A stretch of 64,000 nucleotides of DNA, taken from positions 2,208,001-2,272,000 of the forward strand of contig OZ242029.1 in assembly GCA_965205015.1 (NCBI GenBank), in the 5' to 3' direction. Shown in pieces: positions 40,300-50,660 of the stretch (position 1 is its first letter; each line of letters opens with the position of its first letter). Below the pieces are notes generated by a model that was given only the letters and a program-made list of their open reading frames with translations, made no database searches and was not told the origin of the DNA. The position numbers were made by a program, and so were the translations under genes. The DNA is from Candidatus Poribacteria bacterium (GTDB taxonomy: Bacteria; Poribacteria; WGA-4E; WGA-3G).

Positions 40300-40323
40300 A
40301 CATCAAAAAGGCGAAACCAAACC

Positions 40324-41034
40324 ATGTCCAAGCGCGCAATCCTCACAACCATCGTCATCCCGATCCTGCTGATCTCTGGACTCATGGTCTTCCTCATCAA
40401 CAACCGACAGGAACCCGCAGCCGAACTCGTCCTAACGCAGCAACAAATTCACTTCGGAACGCTCCCAGAATGGGAGGGACCCGTAACGCGATCCGTAACA
40501 GCACGAAACATCGGCGCGTTTCCAGTTCACATCCAAAGCATCCACACAGGGTGCGGTTATGCCGAAATCACAGGTCCAGAGCGAATCCAACCCGATACAG
40601 AAGCCACATTCCAGATAGTTATCAGCCCAGAACTTCTGCCCGATGACGAGACCTCAGCAACCGCCACCATCTTCACAGACAGCCCCAAAACCCCGGTTGT
40701 CCATCTGACAGTTATCGCCACAGCGAAACGATTTGCGACACTCACGCCAAACCTTTGCGAGTTCGGGAACATCCGCCCCGAGACGAGGCATCAAAGGGCC
40801 ATCGAACTCACTGTGAATGCTCCATTCGACACATCGGGCATCCGTCTTCTCCCATCGGGACATGAAGCACTCACATGGGAGATAACACCCTATCTGGACA
40901 CAGATACCGCTCGCATTACAGTCCACCTCGGTTTCCTGAAATACAGAGGCACCTTTGCATCGCTCCTCACTGTTTACTTTCCAAACCAACGAACGCTAAC
41001 CCTCCCTGTTACCGCCGAAGTGCTCCCTCACTGA
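40324..41034 (+). CDS. DUF1573-like Ig-fold membrane-anchored protein
   Basis: N-terminal TM helix; HFGT, N.G..PV.I..I.TGCG, I.P pattern. Confidence 0.7.
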   Translation: MSKRAILTTIVIPILLISGLMVFLINNRQEPAAELVLTQQQIHFGTLPEWEGPVTRSVTARNIGAFPVHIQSIHTGCGYAEITGPERIQPDTEATFQIVISPELLPDDETSATATIFTDSPKTPVVHLTVIATAKRFATLTPNLCEFGNIRPETRHQRAIELTVNAPFDTSGIRLLPSGHEALTWEITPYLDTDTARITVHLGFLKYRGTFASLLTVYFPNQRTLTLPVTAEVLPH

Positions 41035-41049
41035 CAACCAAATAACCAC

Positions 41050-41079
41050 TTGACAAAATCCCCTAAATTGTAGTATCAT
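41050..41079 (+). promoter_or_regulatory. Putative promoter upstream of the membrane protein-secA unit
   Basis: TTGACA-18 bp-TATCAT. Confidence 0.55.
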
Positions 41080-41118
41080 TAAATACAACAACATGTAAAA
41101 AAACAGAAGAACCCTTTC

Positions 41119-42264
41119 ATGGAAAAACGCTACTTCGATTTCAGGGATATTTTTCAAGTGATCCGCTACGGATTCAGTGGACGAAAGATCGCAGTTCATT
41201 TCATCGGACTCGTTCTTGCATATCTAATTTACCAAACTTTGGTGTATCTCAGTCTCGTCATTGTAGGCGGCACCGCCGCGCAGGACTTTTGGAACAGGTA
41301 TGCCCTCCTACCCCTACCACCCTTCGGTGATGCGGGACTTACACCGACGACTGAAATCGCAATGTGGATAGGGATGGTCAGCTTCGCCTGCATTTTCTTC
41401 TTAGCAAGCACCGTGGCCTCCAAAATCACCATCGAACAACTCCGTGGAGATATCTTCTTTTCAGTTGGGGATGCCTTAACCTTCCTCAGGGGGCATTGGA
41501 AATCCGTTTTCGGCGCGTTCATCGGCTTACTTCTCATCCAGATATTTCTCGCGATCATCCCCCTCAGCATCGCGGGGATCGCGAAGTTACCAGTAGTAGG
41601 AGAGCCGTTCCTCATGCTCACCTCACTGCTCATGCCGCTCGGATTTTTCTTTGGTCTCCTGATGGCGTTGATAGCAATCGTTTTCAGTGTCGGTTTGCTC
41701 TTTGTGCCAGCCGTTGCCGCCACGACAGGTGCCGATACATTTGAAATAATCTATCAGCAATTCGCGATCGTTTGGAACAAACCTTGGCTGTTAATGTGCT
41801 ATGAGGCGATGTTGCTCCTTATCAAATTGATTTTCGTCCCCATTTGGGCGTTCTTTTGCCTCGCAGGCTTTTCGGTTGTGATGCTCCCAACGCGCCTCTT
41901 CCACACCGAAGTGATGCAGCAACTTATGAGCTACGCGAACTTATGGCTGGGTGGTGCTATCGAAAAAATGGCAACACTGCCCTATATTAATAATCTCGGC
42001 GTCTTCAATACCGCGACAAGTGGTCAAATGCCGGCACTGACAGGCATAGCAACGGTTACAACCCCAGTGACCGCTATCTTTCTGACGATCACGCTTCTCA
42101 TGAGTGCGGGGTTGGTAATTGCATACCTGTTTTCGATCGCCTCTGCCGGAAACACGGTAATTTATACGATAGTGCGACAGAGACTCGATGGACAGAATTT
42201 GTTGGAGCCACTCGACTCACAATTAACAGATACGAACGAAGCATCAATGTCAAGTCGATCATGA
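41119..42264 (+). CDS. Hypothetical multi-pass membrane protein
   Basis: 381 aa with 6-7 hydrophobic segments. Confidence 0.75.
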   Translation: MEKRYFDFRDIFQVIRYGFSGRKIAVHFIGLVLAYLIYQTLVYLSLVIVGGTAAQDFWNRYALLPLPPFGDAGLTPTTEIAMWIGMVSFACIFFLASTVASKITIEQLRGDIFFSVGDALTFLRGHWKSVFGAFIGLLLIQIFLAIIPLSIAGIAKLPVVGEPFLMLTSLLMPLGFFFGLLMALIAIVFSVGLLFVPAVAATTGADTFEIIYQQFAIVWNKPWLLMCYEAMLLLIKLIFVPIWAFFCLAGFSVVMLPTRLFHTEVMQQLMSYANLWLGGAIEKMATLPYINNLGVFNTATSGQMPALTGIATVTTPVTAIFLTITLLMSAGLVIAYLFSIASAGNTVIYTIVRQRLDGQNLLEPLDSQLTDTNEASMSSRS

Positions 42265-42310
42265 CTTCCTTTTTCAACGTGAAAAGTACCAGGGAGCGAT
42301 AGTTAAAAAG

Positions 42311-45103
42311 ATGTTCCAAAAAATGATAACTAAAGTCTTCGGTAGCAAAGAGGATCGCGATGTCAAAAAGTTTCGCGACATCGTCGAAGCCGTCAACCAA
42401 CGCGAGCCTGAAACCCAAAAACTTACTGACGCACAACTGCAATCCAAAACACCGGAGTTTCGCCGCCAGTTGGATGCCGGCGCATCCCTTGATGACCTCT
42501 TGCCAGACGCCTTTGCTGTCGTCCGTGAGGCCGCCGTGCGAACCTTAAAGCAGCGACACTACGATGTCCAGATCATGGGAGGTATCGCACTCCATCAAGG
42601 CAGTATCGCAGAGATGCGCACAGGTGAAGGCAAAACGCTCACCTCAACCCTCGCCGTCTATCTGAACGCTTTGACTGGAAAAGGTGTCCATCTCGCCACC
42701 GTCAATGATTATCTCGCACGCCGGGATGCCGAATGGATGGGCAGGGTCTACAACTTCCTCGGACTCTCCGTTGGATTGACACTCAGCCTAATGCCGAAGG
42801 AAGAAAAAAGGCTCGGCTACAAATCAGACATCACTTACGGCGTTCACAGCGAATTTGGATTCGATTACCTCTGGGACAACAAATCACTCTCAATTGAAGA
42901 TAAAGTACAGCGCGGACATGTCTACGCCATCCTTGACGAGGTTGACAGCATCCTCATTGATGAATCCCGTACGCCCCTCATCATCTCAGAACCCTCCGGT
43001 AAACCGCCGGAACTTTATAGGCAAATTAACAGCGTCGTCGCACAACTCCGAGAGGGTGAACACTTTCAAATCGATCAACAGGGGAAATCACGGGGCAGTG
43101 CAACCCTTACCGATGAAGGCGTTGAAGAGGTCGAACGGCGTCTCGGTGTCGGGAATCTCTATGAACACACGAACATCGCTATGGTGCATCATGTCAATCA
43201 GGCGCTCTCCGCCCACCAGCTCTATAAGCGCGATGTCGATTATCTCGTCGAAAATGGCGAAGTCCTCCTCGTTGATGAATTCACAGGACGAAAACAGATC
43301 GGGAGACGCCTCAGCGAAGGACTCCATCAAGCGATCGAGGCAAAGGAGCGCGTCAAAGTCGTTGAGGAAAGCGAAACAGGGGCTAAAATTACCTACCAAA
43401 ACTACTTCCGCATGTACGACAAACTCGCAGGGATGACGGGTACCGCCGCGACGGAAGCCAACGAATTCGCACACATCTACGGATTAGAGGTCTCCGTTAT
43501 CCCCACCAACGAACCGATGATTCGGATTGACAATCCGGATCAAATTTACAGCACCGAGAACGCAAAATACAACGCCGTCCTGCAAGATATCGTCGAACAA
43601 ACCGAGAAGGGACGTCCAGTCCTTGTCGGCACTGTTTCGATTGAAAGTTCCGAGAAATTGAGCAAAATGCTCAGAACGAAACACCGAAAAATCCGACATC
43701 AGATTCTGAACGCCAAAGAGCACGCACGCGAAGCCGACATCATCGCACAAGCAGGGGTACCGGGGGCTGTGACAATCGCAACGAATATGGCAGGTAGAGG
43801 TGTAGACATTCTCCTTGGCGGTAACCCCGAAGGGATGACGATCGAAACGCTGCGAAAAAAGAAAGCAAAGACAGAAGCACTGTCCCCAGAGTCGGAAGAA
43901 TACCAAGCAGCATTCGCAGAGGCAGAAGCCATTTGCAACAAAAACAAGGAGAAGGTATTAGCCGCTGGCGGACTTCATATCATCGGCACTGAACGCCATG
44001 AGTCTCGACGTATTGATAACCAGCTCCGTGGACGATCAGGGAGGCAGGGGGATCCAGGCTCATCTCGGTTCTACCTCTCCCTTGAAGACGAATTGATGCG
44101 AAAATTCGGATCTGAACGTTTGCAAGGGTTAATGACACGCGTCGGAATAGATGATGATGTCCCGTTAGAGCATCCATGGGTCACCAAATCCATTGAGAAA
44201 GCGCAGACGCGTGTTGAACAGATGTATTTTGAGATCCGAAAGAATCTCCTCAAATTCGATGACGTTATGGATACACAGCGCGACACCATCTACACCTTGC
44301 GTGATACCGTCTTGGCTTCCGCCACAGATGTCGTCGAGTTACCAGGAAACGAAGGTACAACCGAAAGTGGAGGGCTCGCCGCGCTCGCTGAAAAGGATGC
44401 CAAAGTCCCTGCTTCCCTGAAAACGACTATTTGGGAGATGATTGAGCGGGTCGTCGGAGATGCAATCGAGGACAATATGGGAGAAAAGGTGGGAAGTCCC
44501 CTTGAGACCCCTGATCGGTTTCAGCAGTGGTTGACAACCACCTTCCCAATCGAGCCAACATGGAAAACACCCTTGGCGCAAGCGAGTCCGGAGGATGTTC
44601 AGGAACAGACGCTGGAGGCGTTGCGTGCCGCTTATGAGGAACGCGAAGCCGAAATGGGACCCGGGATGATGCGCGTCCTCGAACGGTTACTCCTTTTGGA
44701 TAGAATTGATGATCACTGGAAAGAACACCTCCATAACATCGACTATATTGAAGAAGGTATTCGGTTCGGCGCAGGATATGGAGGCAAGGACCCGATCGTC
44801 GTTTTCAAAAACGAAGCGCTCTCTGTCTTTGAAAGTATGTATCAACAGATTGAGGAACAGGTCAGTGAGTTCATCTTCAAATCTCGCGTCAATACCGAGG
44901 CACCGCGCAGGGTCCCGAGTCGGCGAACCGGTAGACAGCGTAGACCCCAACCAAGGGCACCCCAAAACAGGGGGGCAGCCGCGACCCCTAATGATGCCGA
45001 ATTTGCTTCACAACAGGCAATGGGGAACGTGCCGAAGGTCGGTAGAAACGCGCCATGTCCTTGCGGAAGCGGCAAGAAATATAAGAGATGCCACGGTGGT
45101 TAG
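42311..45103 (+). CDS. secA: Preprotein translocase subunit SecA
   Basis: [53 protein letters not shown]. Confidence 0.99.
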   Translation: MFQKMITKVFGSKEDRDVKKFRDIVEAVNQREPETQKLTDAQLQSKTPEFRRQLDAGASLDDLLPDAFAVVREAAVRTLKQRHYDVQIMGGIALHQGSIAEMRTGEGKTLTSTLAVYLNALTGKGVHLATVNDYLARRDAEWMGRVYNFLGLSVGLTLSLMPKEEKRLGYKSDITYGVHSEFGFDYLWDNKSLSIEDKVQRGHVYAILDEVDSILIDESRTPLIISEPSGKPPELYRQINSVVAQLREGEHFQIDQQGKSRGSATLTDEGVEEVERRLGVGNLYEHTNIAMVHHVNQALSAHQLYKRDVDYLVENGEVLLVDEFTGRKQIGRRLSEGLHQAIEAKERVKVVEESETGAKITYQNYFRMYDKLAGMTGTAATEANEFAHIYGLEVSVIPTNEPMIRIDNPDQIYSTENAKYNAVLQDIVEQTEKGRPVLVGTVSIESSEKLSKMLRTKHRKIRHQILNAKEHAREADIIAQAGVPGAVTIATNMAGRGVDILLGGNPEGMTIETLRKKKAKTEALSPESEEYQAAFAEAEAICNKNKEKVLAAGGLHIIGTERHESRRIDNQLRGRSGRQGDPGSSRFYLSLEDELMRKFGSERLQGLMTRVGIDDDVPLEHPWVTKSIEKAQTRVEQMYFEIRKNLLKFDDVMDTQRDTIYTLRDTVLASATDVVELPGNEGTTESGGLAALAEKDAKVPASLKTTIWEMIERVVGDAIEDNMGEKVGSPLETPDRFQQWLTTTFPIEPTWKTPLAQASPEDVQEQTLEALRAAYEEREAEMGPGMMRVLERLLLLDRIDDHWKEHLHNIDYIEEGIRFGAGYGGKDPIVVFKNEALSVFESMYQQIEEQVSEFIFKSRVNTEAPRRVPSRRTGRQRRPQPRAPQNRGAAATPNDAEFASQQAMGNVPKVGRNAPCPCGSGKKYKRCHGG

Positions 45104-45237
45104 TAGTTTTCGGTTCGGATTTTTTTCAAAAAATCCTTTCAGTTCTCAGTTGTCAGTTACAACAAGAGGCGTATTTTTGCTTGGGTGTTTCCTCTCGGAT
45201 TATCGCGGTTCCCTCTTTTAAGTGATAACTGACAGTT
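45101..45237. repeat. Heptamer-armed hairpin element starting at the secA stop codon
   Basis: TAGTAGTTTTCGG, GGATTTTT...AAAAATCC hairpin, TTTCAGTT, ...CCTCTTTTTAAGTGATAACTGACAG; same architecture as 23496. Confidence 0.7.
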
Positions 45238-45254
45238 ATAAAAGGAGAATCGCT

Positions 45255-45461
45255 TTGAATTCGGAAAACGCATATACACTTTCAAAAACGCTATTGGACA
45301 TTCTCGCATGTCCAGCATGCAAAGGTCCGATAGAACACGATGCAGCAGCACAGAAACTCGTATGTGTCGGTGAATGTCACCGTCGCTATCCGATCCGGGA
45401 AGGCATCCCAGTCATGCTGATTGATGAAGCGGAATTGCCCGACGAAAAACTCGGCGAATGA
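45255..45461 (+). CDS. Trm112 family (UPF0434) protein
   Basis: LLDILACPACKG...C...C.RRYPIREGIPVML; TTG start with AGGAG RBS. Confidence 0.9.
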   Translation: MNSENAYTLSKTLLDILACPACKGPIEHDAAAQKLVCVGECHRRYPIREGIPVMLIDEAELPDEKLGE

Positions 45462-45482
45462 AGATGTCCGATAGTTTAAAAA

Positions 45483-46709
45483 ATGAAAATTCTATTCTTA
45501 AGCCTCCGGTGTCCGTATCCACCGCATCGAGGCGATCGGATCCGGTCTTACAATTTTATTAAGCAACTTTCGAAACAACATGCCGTCACTCTCGTTTACT
45601 TTGCAGAATCTGAAAGCGATATCGAATCCGCGAAATATTTAGAACCTTTTTGTAAACAGGTAGAATGGGTCCCTTTTCATCGTTCTTTCGCCTTCATGAA
45701 TACAGGGCTCCACTGCTTATCGCGTCGTCCGCTTCAGTTGCATTACTGGTATGCCCCCCAGATGCAACGGAAGATTAACCAACTCCTCGAACAGGAGGAC
45801 TTTGAACTGATTCACGCCCAACTTTTTCGGATGGGACAATACGTGACGGAAGTGCAGGGTCCCACCAAAGTCTTAGATTTGTGTGATTCATTGGCACTAA
45901 ATCTCAGTCGCCGTGCCGAATTGGAAAGCAACCCGTGGCTTGCGAAAATTAAATTAGATTGCACTCCGAAGCGTTTTTTGGTAAAATTAGAAGAAAAGCG
46001 GGTCCGGCGTTACGAAGTCAACATTATGAAGGCTTTTGACTGCGGCACCGTTGTCGCACGTTTTGATCAGGAGTATCTCCTGAAGCAGGACAGCAGTCTA
46101 AATCTGTCGGTAGTGCCAATGGGGGTCGATCTCGGATACTTTCAACCGAAGCCGACAACACAATCCGCACCTTTGCTGCTCTTTACCGGGACAATGAACT
46201 ATTTTCCGAATTCGGATGCTGCGATCTATTTTTGTAATGAAATTTTTCCAAGTATCCGGGAAAGTCATCCGAACGCGCAGTTTTATATAGTAGGCAATCA
46301 TCCATCGGATCAGGTAAAGCGGCTTGAGGCACAGGACGGTGTAGTCGTCACGGGTTATGTCCCAGATGTCCGTCCGTATTTTCAAAAGGCATCTGTTTTT
46401 GTTGCCCCTTTACGTGCGGGGTCAGGCATACAGACAAAGAATCTGGAGGCAATGGCGATGGGGGTACCCGTCGTCACAACCTCTGTCGGTGCAATGGGGT
46501 TGGAGGCAGATATCGGCAAGGAATTGCTCGTTGCGGATACACCTGCCGACTTCGCGAAACAGGTCGTTCATTTACTGAATAATGAGCATTCGCGGGAGAC
46601 GCTCGCACAAACCGCCAGAACTCGTGTTGAGACCAATTATAGTTGGGAAGCCATCGGCGAACGCTTAGAGCATGTCTATACACAGGCAGTTCGTACACAG
46701 AAATTTTAA
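45483..46709 (+). CDS. Glycosyltransferase family 4
   Basis: PYPPHRGDRIR, FTGTMNYFPNSDA, G.G.Q.K.LEAMAMG. Confidence 0.9.
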   Translation: MKILFLSLRCPYPPHRGDRIRSYNFIKQLSKQHAVTLVYFAESESDIESAKYLEPFCKQVEWVPFHRSFAFMNTGLHCLSRRPLQLHYWYAPQMQRKINQLLEQEDFELIHAQLFRMGQYVTEVQGPTKVLDLCDSLALNLSRRAELESNPWLAKIKLDCTPKRFLVKLEEKRVRRYEVNIMKAFDCGTVVARFDQEYLLKQDSSLNLSVVPMGVDLGYFQPKPTTQSAPLLLFTGTMNYFPNSDAAIYFCNEIFPSIRESHPNAQFYIVGNHPSDQVKRLEAQDGVVVTGYVPDVRPYFQKASVFVAPLRAGSGIQTKNLEAMAMGVPVVTTSVGAMGLEADIGKELLVADTPADFAKQVVHLLNNEHSRETLAQTARTRVETNYSWEAIGERLEHVYTQAVRTQKF

Positions 46710-46766
46710 TTTTACCTTTTGCTTTATTTAACGCCTTGCGAGTCATTAAAAAATTGAGGAGGGAAT

Positions 46767-48803
46767 ATGGATAAACCGAAAATAAAATGGAGTTTTACAA
46801 TTGTTGTTGATGTGCTTCTTGTCAACCTGGCATTTCTATTCGCTTATTTGACCAGTAGGCAACTCGGAAACTTTGATTTTTTACAACAAGCCACGGTCCT
46901 CTCCACCCTACTGCAGCGTGCTGATCTATCTCCCTTCCAGCCACAGCATGTTATCGGATTCGGTGTCGCTGCTGCTGTCACGATAGTCCGTATCGGTTTA
47001 CTACTGGCTTTCAATCTCTACAAACCGATATGGCAATATGCCGCTGCGAAGGAATTTCGCACATTAGCAACGGCGATTATCGTCGCAACTGTAGGACTCA
47101 TCGGAATTTCCATGCTCCTGAAAATCGCTTGGGTCCTCTTCTTAATCGATGGATTTTATAACTTCGCACTCATCGGGTTTACCAAATTTTCTGCCCAAAT
47201 CTTTCAACGGGATAAAGAGGCGATACATAGGAGATCCCAAAAAAATAAGGGAGCGATGGGACTACACCCTGGATCGCAATCGTCTATGCAGAAACTGCCA
47301 ACAAAAGTCCTGATTGTTGGCGCAGGTGAAACAGGTATCGGTGTACTTCGCGCCCTGAGAAACCATCCTGAAAAAGGCTACGTACCCGTCGGCTTTATTG
47401 ACGACGCACCCCACAAAGTGGACAGAAGCGTCGCAGGGCTTGAGGTATTGGGTACGACGCGCGACCTAACCTATATTGCGCGCAAGCGCGAGATTGATGA
47501 GGTCGTCATTGCTATCCCCTCAGCACCAGGCGGTAAAATTCGTGATATTATCCGGCAGTGCGAATACCGGGGGTGCCAGTTTAAAATCGTCCCAAACATT
47601 CATGCGATTCTTGAAGGACGAGCCAGCGTCAGTCAGATTCGAGAAGTCCGATTTGAGGATCTTCTGAACCGGTCGACCACGCAAATGGACCTCGCGGAAG
47701 TCTCTAAATATCTCTCAGGAAAACGCGTGATGGTAACAGGCGCGGGGGGCTCAATCGGGTCTGAACTCTGTCGTCAAGTGGCAAAACTGGACCCCGAACT
47801 CCTTATCCTCTTCGGGCGCGGTGAAAATAGTCTCTATCATACAGATATAGAACTCCGAGAATCCGAACCGCATCTCAATCGCGCTTTAGTTATCGGCGAC
47901 ATTCGAGACAATGCTAAAGTTTCACAGGTCACGCGCAAATATCGCCCCGATATTATTTTCCACGCTGCTGCACACAAGCATGTTAAATTCATGGAGAACC
48001 ATCCCGATGAAGCCGTCAAAAACAACATACTTGGCACGCAAAACCTCATCAATGCCGCAATCGAACATGAGGTAGAGGCTTTCATACTCGTTTCATCGGA
48101 TAAAGCCGTAAATCCAACGAGCGTTTACGGGGCATCCAAACGTGTGACAGAGAAATTGGTGCAATGCAAAGCAAAGCAGAACCGCACTCGATTTATCGCA
48201 GTCCGCTTCGGGAACGTTATCGGAAGTCGGGCAAGTGTAATTCCGAATTTCAAACGGCAGATCGCGAAGGGGGGACCCGTCACCGTCACACATCGCGAGG
48301 CGACACGCTACTTCATGACTATCCCAGAAGCAGTACAACTCCTCATCCAAGCGGGAGCTATGGGGAACGACGGCGAGATTCTCATGTTAGACATGGGGGA
48401 CCCCATTAAAATTCTTGACCTCGCCCAAGACCTCATCCGCCTTTCTGGGCTTGAAGTCGACACGGACATCAAAATTGAATTTACGGGTTTAGAACCGGGG
48501 GAAAAATTGTACGAGGAACTCCTGACCCCTCAAGAAGGCGTTACAGCAACAAAACACCAACGCATTTTCGTCGCACAGTTGGAGCAGATAAAGGAACGCC
48601 AACTCCTTTCTCAGATAGAGGAACTCTCACAACTTGCAGACGCCTTGGATTCGGAAGGCATTGTTTCTAAATTCCAGGAGTTGGTCCCAACCTACCAACC
48701 CAAACGCGCCTTCTTGACAGAAAGCGATGAAGAGAGCGCGTTCGAGATTATCCAGTTTCCTACGGAAACGGAAAGGGAAACCGTCAGAGCAAACCGCCGT
48801 TAG
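46767..48803 (+). CDS. Nucleoside-diphosphate sugar dehydratase (CapD/PglF-like)
   Basis: N-terminal TM helices, GAGETG, TGAGGSIGSE, HAAAHKHV, SSDKAVNP, VRFGNV, PGEKLYEEL. Confidence 0.93.
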   Translation: MDKPKIKWSFTIVVDVLLVNLAFLFAYLTSRQLGNFDFLQQATVLSTLLQRADLSPFQPQHVIGFGVAAAVTIVRIGLLLAFNLYKPIWQYAAAKEFRTLATAIIVATVGLIGISMLLKIAWVLFLIDGFYNFALIGFTKFSAQIFQRDKEAIHRRSQKNKGAMGLHPGSQSSMQKLPTKVLIVGAGETGIGVLRALRNHPEKGYVPVGFIDDAPHKVDRSVAGLEVLGTTRDLTYIARKREIDEVVIAIPSAPGGKIRDIIRQCEYRGCQFKIVPNIHAILEGRASVSQIREVRFEDLLNRSTTQMDLAEVSKYLSGKRVMVTGAGGSIGSELCRQVAKLDPELLILFGRGENSLYHTDIELRESEPHLNRALVIGDIRDNAKVSQVTRKYRPDIIFHAAAHKHVKFMENHPDEAVKNNILGTQNLINAAIEHEVEAFILVSSDKAVNPTSVYGASKRVTEKLVQCKAKQNRTRFIAVRFGNVIGSRASVIPNFKRQIAKGGPVTVTHREATRYFMTIPEAVQLLIQAGAMGNDGEILMLDMGDPIKILDLAQDLIRLSGLEVDTDIKIEFTGLEPGEKLYEELLTPQEGVTATKHQRIFVAQLEQIKERQLLSQIEELSQLADALDSEGIVSKFQELVPTYQPKRAFLTESDEESAFEIIQFPTETERETVRANRR

Positions 48804-49022
48804 TTTTTACACTATTAAATCTGGGCGCATCGCTCCCTTCCCCATTAACGGACGGGGATCCCGGGGTCTGGCGAAGTACGCGATGGTTCCAACGAGCCTG
48901 CCCTGTGTGAATTGCACCAGGAGCCTGCTCTGAAACGTGAAATAAAAAACGCGCAGCCCCGATTCAACCCTGTAGGGGCGGTATGTTTATAGGGAATCCC
49001 AATCTGGAACAAGAGCAATTGT

Positions 49023-49688
49023 ATGGATCATACGAAGCGTTTAGGGGTAGACTCTCAGGATGTTATAAAGTTCAATCGCGACTGGGCAAAACGGACGTTC
49101 GATGTCCTATTCGCGGCAATTGGACTCCTGCTTTTATCTCCCCTGTTTTGCCTTGGGATCCTGCTCGCAAAATTGCAATCAAAAGGACCGGTATTTTACA
49201 AAGCAAAACGTGTTGGTAGGGGCGAAATCATCTTTGAAATGTATAAATTCAGGACGATGGTGGTAAATGCCGATAAGATCGGTAGTAGCTTGACAACCTA
49301 TAGGGATAAACGGGTTACACCTATCGGTAGATTCTTGCGATGGACGAAGTTGGACGAACTGCCAAACTTAATCAATGTTATCAAAGGTGAAATGAGTCTC
49401 ATTGGACCACGTCCGGAGGCACCCGATTACGTCAAATACTACACACAGGCACAGAAACAGGTCCTACAAGTGAAGCCGGGGATGACGGGTCCCTCACAAC
49501 TCGCGAACCGCGATGAAGAGGAGAAACTTAAAGGGCACCTCGATGCAGAGCATTACTACATAACAGAGTTGATGCCAAAAAAACTTGCGTTGGATCTCCA
49601 CTATGTTGCGACACAGAGCATCGCTACCGATATGGGATGGTTGCTAAAAACCTTTTGGGTGGTCATTTTCGCGCCATTAAAAAAATGA
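49023..49688 (+). CDS. Bacterial sugar (phosphoglycosyl) transferase
   Basis: KRTFD, KFRTM, LRWTKLDELP, GEMSLIGPRPE, KPGMTG. Confidence 0.92.
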   Translation: MDHTKRLGVDSQDVIKFNRDWAKRTFDVLFAAIGLLLLSPLFCLGILLAKLQSKGPVFYKAKRVGRGEIIFEMYKFRTMVVNADKIGSSLTTYRDKRVTPIGRFLRWTKLDELPNLINVIKGEMSLIGPRPEAPDYVKYYTQAQKQVLQVKPGMTGPSQLANRDEEEKLKGHLDAEHYYITELMPKKLALDLHYVATQSIATDMGWLLKTFWVVIFAPLKK

Positions 49689-50551
49689 AAAAAAGACGCG
49701 TTTATATTATCTTAGGAAGTATCATTGGACTGTTCTTCTTGCTGCTGATTTTACGGTCAATAGGCAGCAACGTATCAATCGGAGAGAAGGTCGCAGTCGT
49801 AGACATTAGGGGTGTTATCTCAGGATCAGATGAGACGATTAAACTAATTCACACCTACCGCGATGATCCAAGTATCAAAGCGATTGTCGTTAGAATCGAC
49901 TCCCCCGGCGGCAGTGTCGCCCCGGTCCAAGAGATTTACAGTGAATTGAAGAAGGTAGAGAAACCGATAGTCGCTTCAATGGGGGGGAGTGCAGCATCTG
50001 GCGGTTATTACGTCGCGTGTGCCGCCGACACAATTTTCGCAAACCCTGGCACCTTGACAGGTAGCATCGGCGTTATCATGCAATTCACGCAACTAAAAGG
50101 GTTGTATGACAAAGTGGGGTTAGGGCATCGGGTTATTAAGAGCGGCGACTTTAAAGATACAGGGTCACCTTTCCGTGATTTGACGGAGCAGGAACGGACA
50201 GTTCTCCAATCCACCGTAGACGATGTTTACAATCAATTTGTGGATACAATCTTCGAGGCACGAGGGAATTTATTAACGCGTGCCGAAATTGTCGAACTCG
50301 CAGATGGACGGATTTACTCTGGAAGACAGGCATTGGATTCAAAGTTGCTGGACCAACTCGGGAATCTCCCTGATGCAATTAAAACCGCCGGAGCGTTAGC
50401 GGGTATTGAAGGCAAACCCAAGGTCGTACGTAAGGAGAAAAAGACGTCACTCCTCGAACAACTCGCTGGCGTTAAACAGATATCCCCTTTGAATGAAATG
50501 TTCAGTCCTCCCGGTGTCACTTTTCGTTATGAAATGCACCTTGGCAAATAG
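49685..50551 (+). CDS. sppA: Signal peptide peptidase SppA, short single-domain form
   Basis: RIDSPGGS, AASGGYY, TGSIGV, KSG.FKD, DGRIYSG; ATG 49685 overlaps the upstream stop. Confidence 0.9.
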   Translation: MKKRRVYIILGSIIGLFFLLLILRSIGSNVSIGEKVAVVDIRGVISGSDETIKLIHTYRDDPSIKAIVVRIDSPGGSVAPVQEIYSELKKVEKPIVASMGGSAASGGYYVACAADTIFANPGTLTGSIGVIMQFTQLKGLYDKVGLGHRVIKSGDFKDTGSPFRDLTEQERTVLQSTVDDVYNQFVDTIFEARGNLLTRAEIVELADGRIYSGRQALDSKLLDQLGNLPDAIKTAGALAGIEGKPKVVRKEKKTSLLEQLAGVKQISPLNEMFSPPGVTFRYEMHLGK

Positions 50552-50660
50552 CCGTCAGTGAATAGGATCTACAAAAGACTGTTGTGATTATCAGATTTAT
50601 CCTAATGATCGAAGATCTCATCATGGTAAATCACATAAATCATAAAAATCTTGATCAAAA

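Noticed and set aside
30659-40300. Intact prophage or ICE integrated at tRNA-Glu
   Set aside because: No integrase, no phage structural genes and no duplicated tRNA 3' end found by eye.
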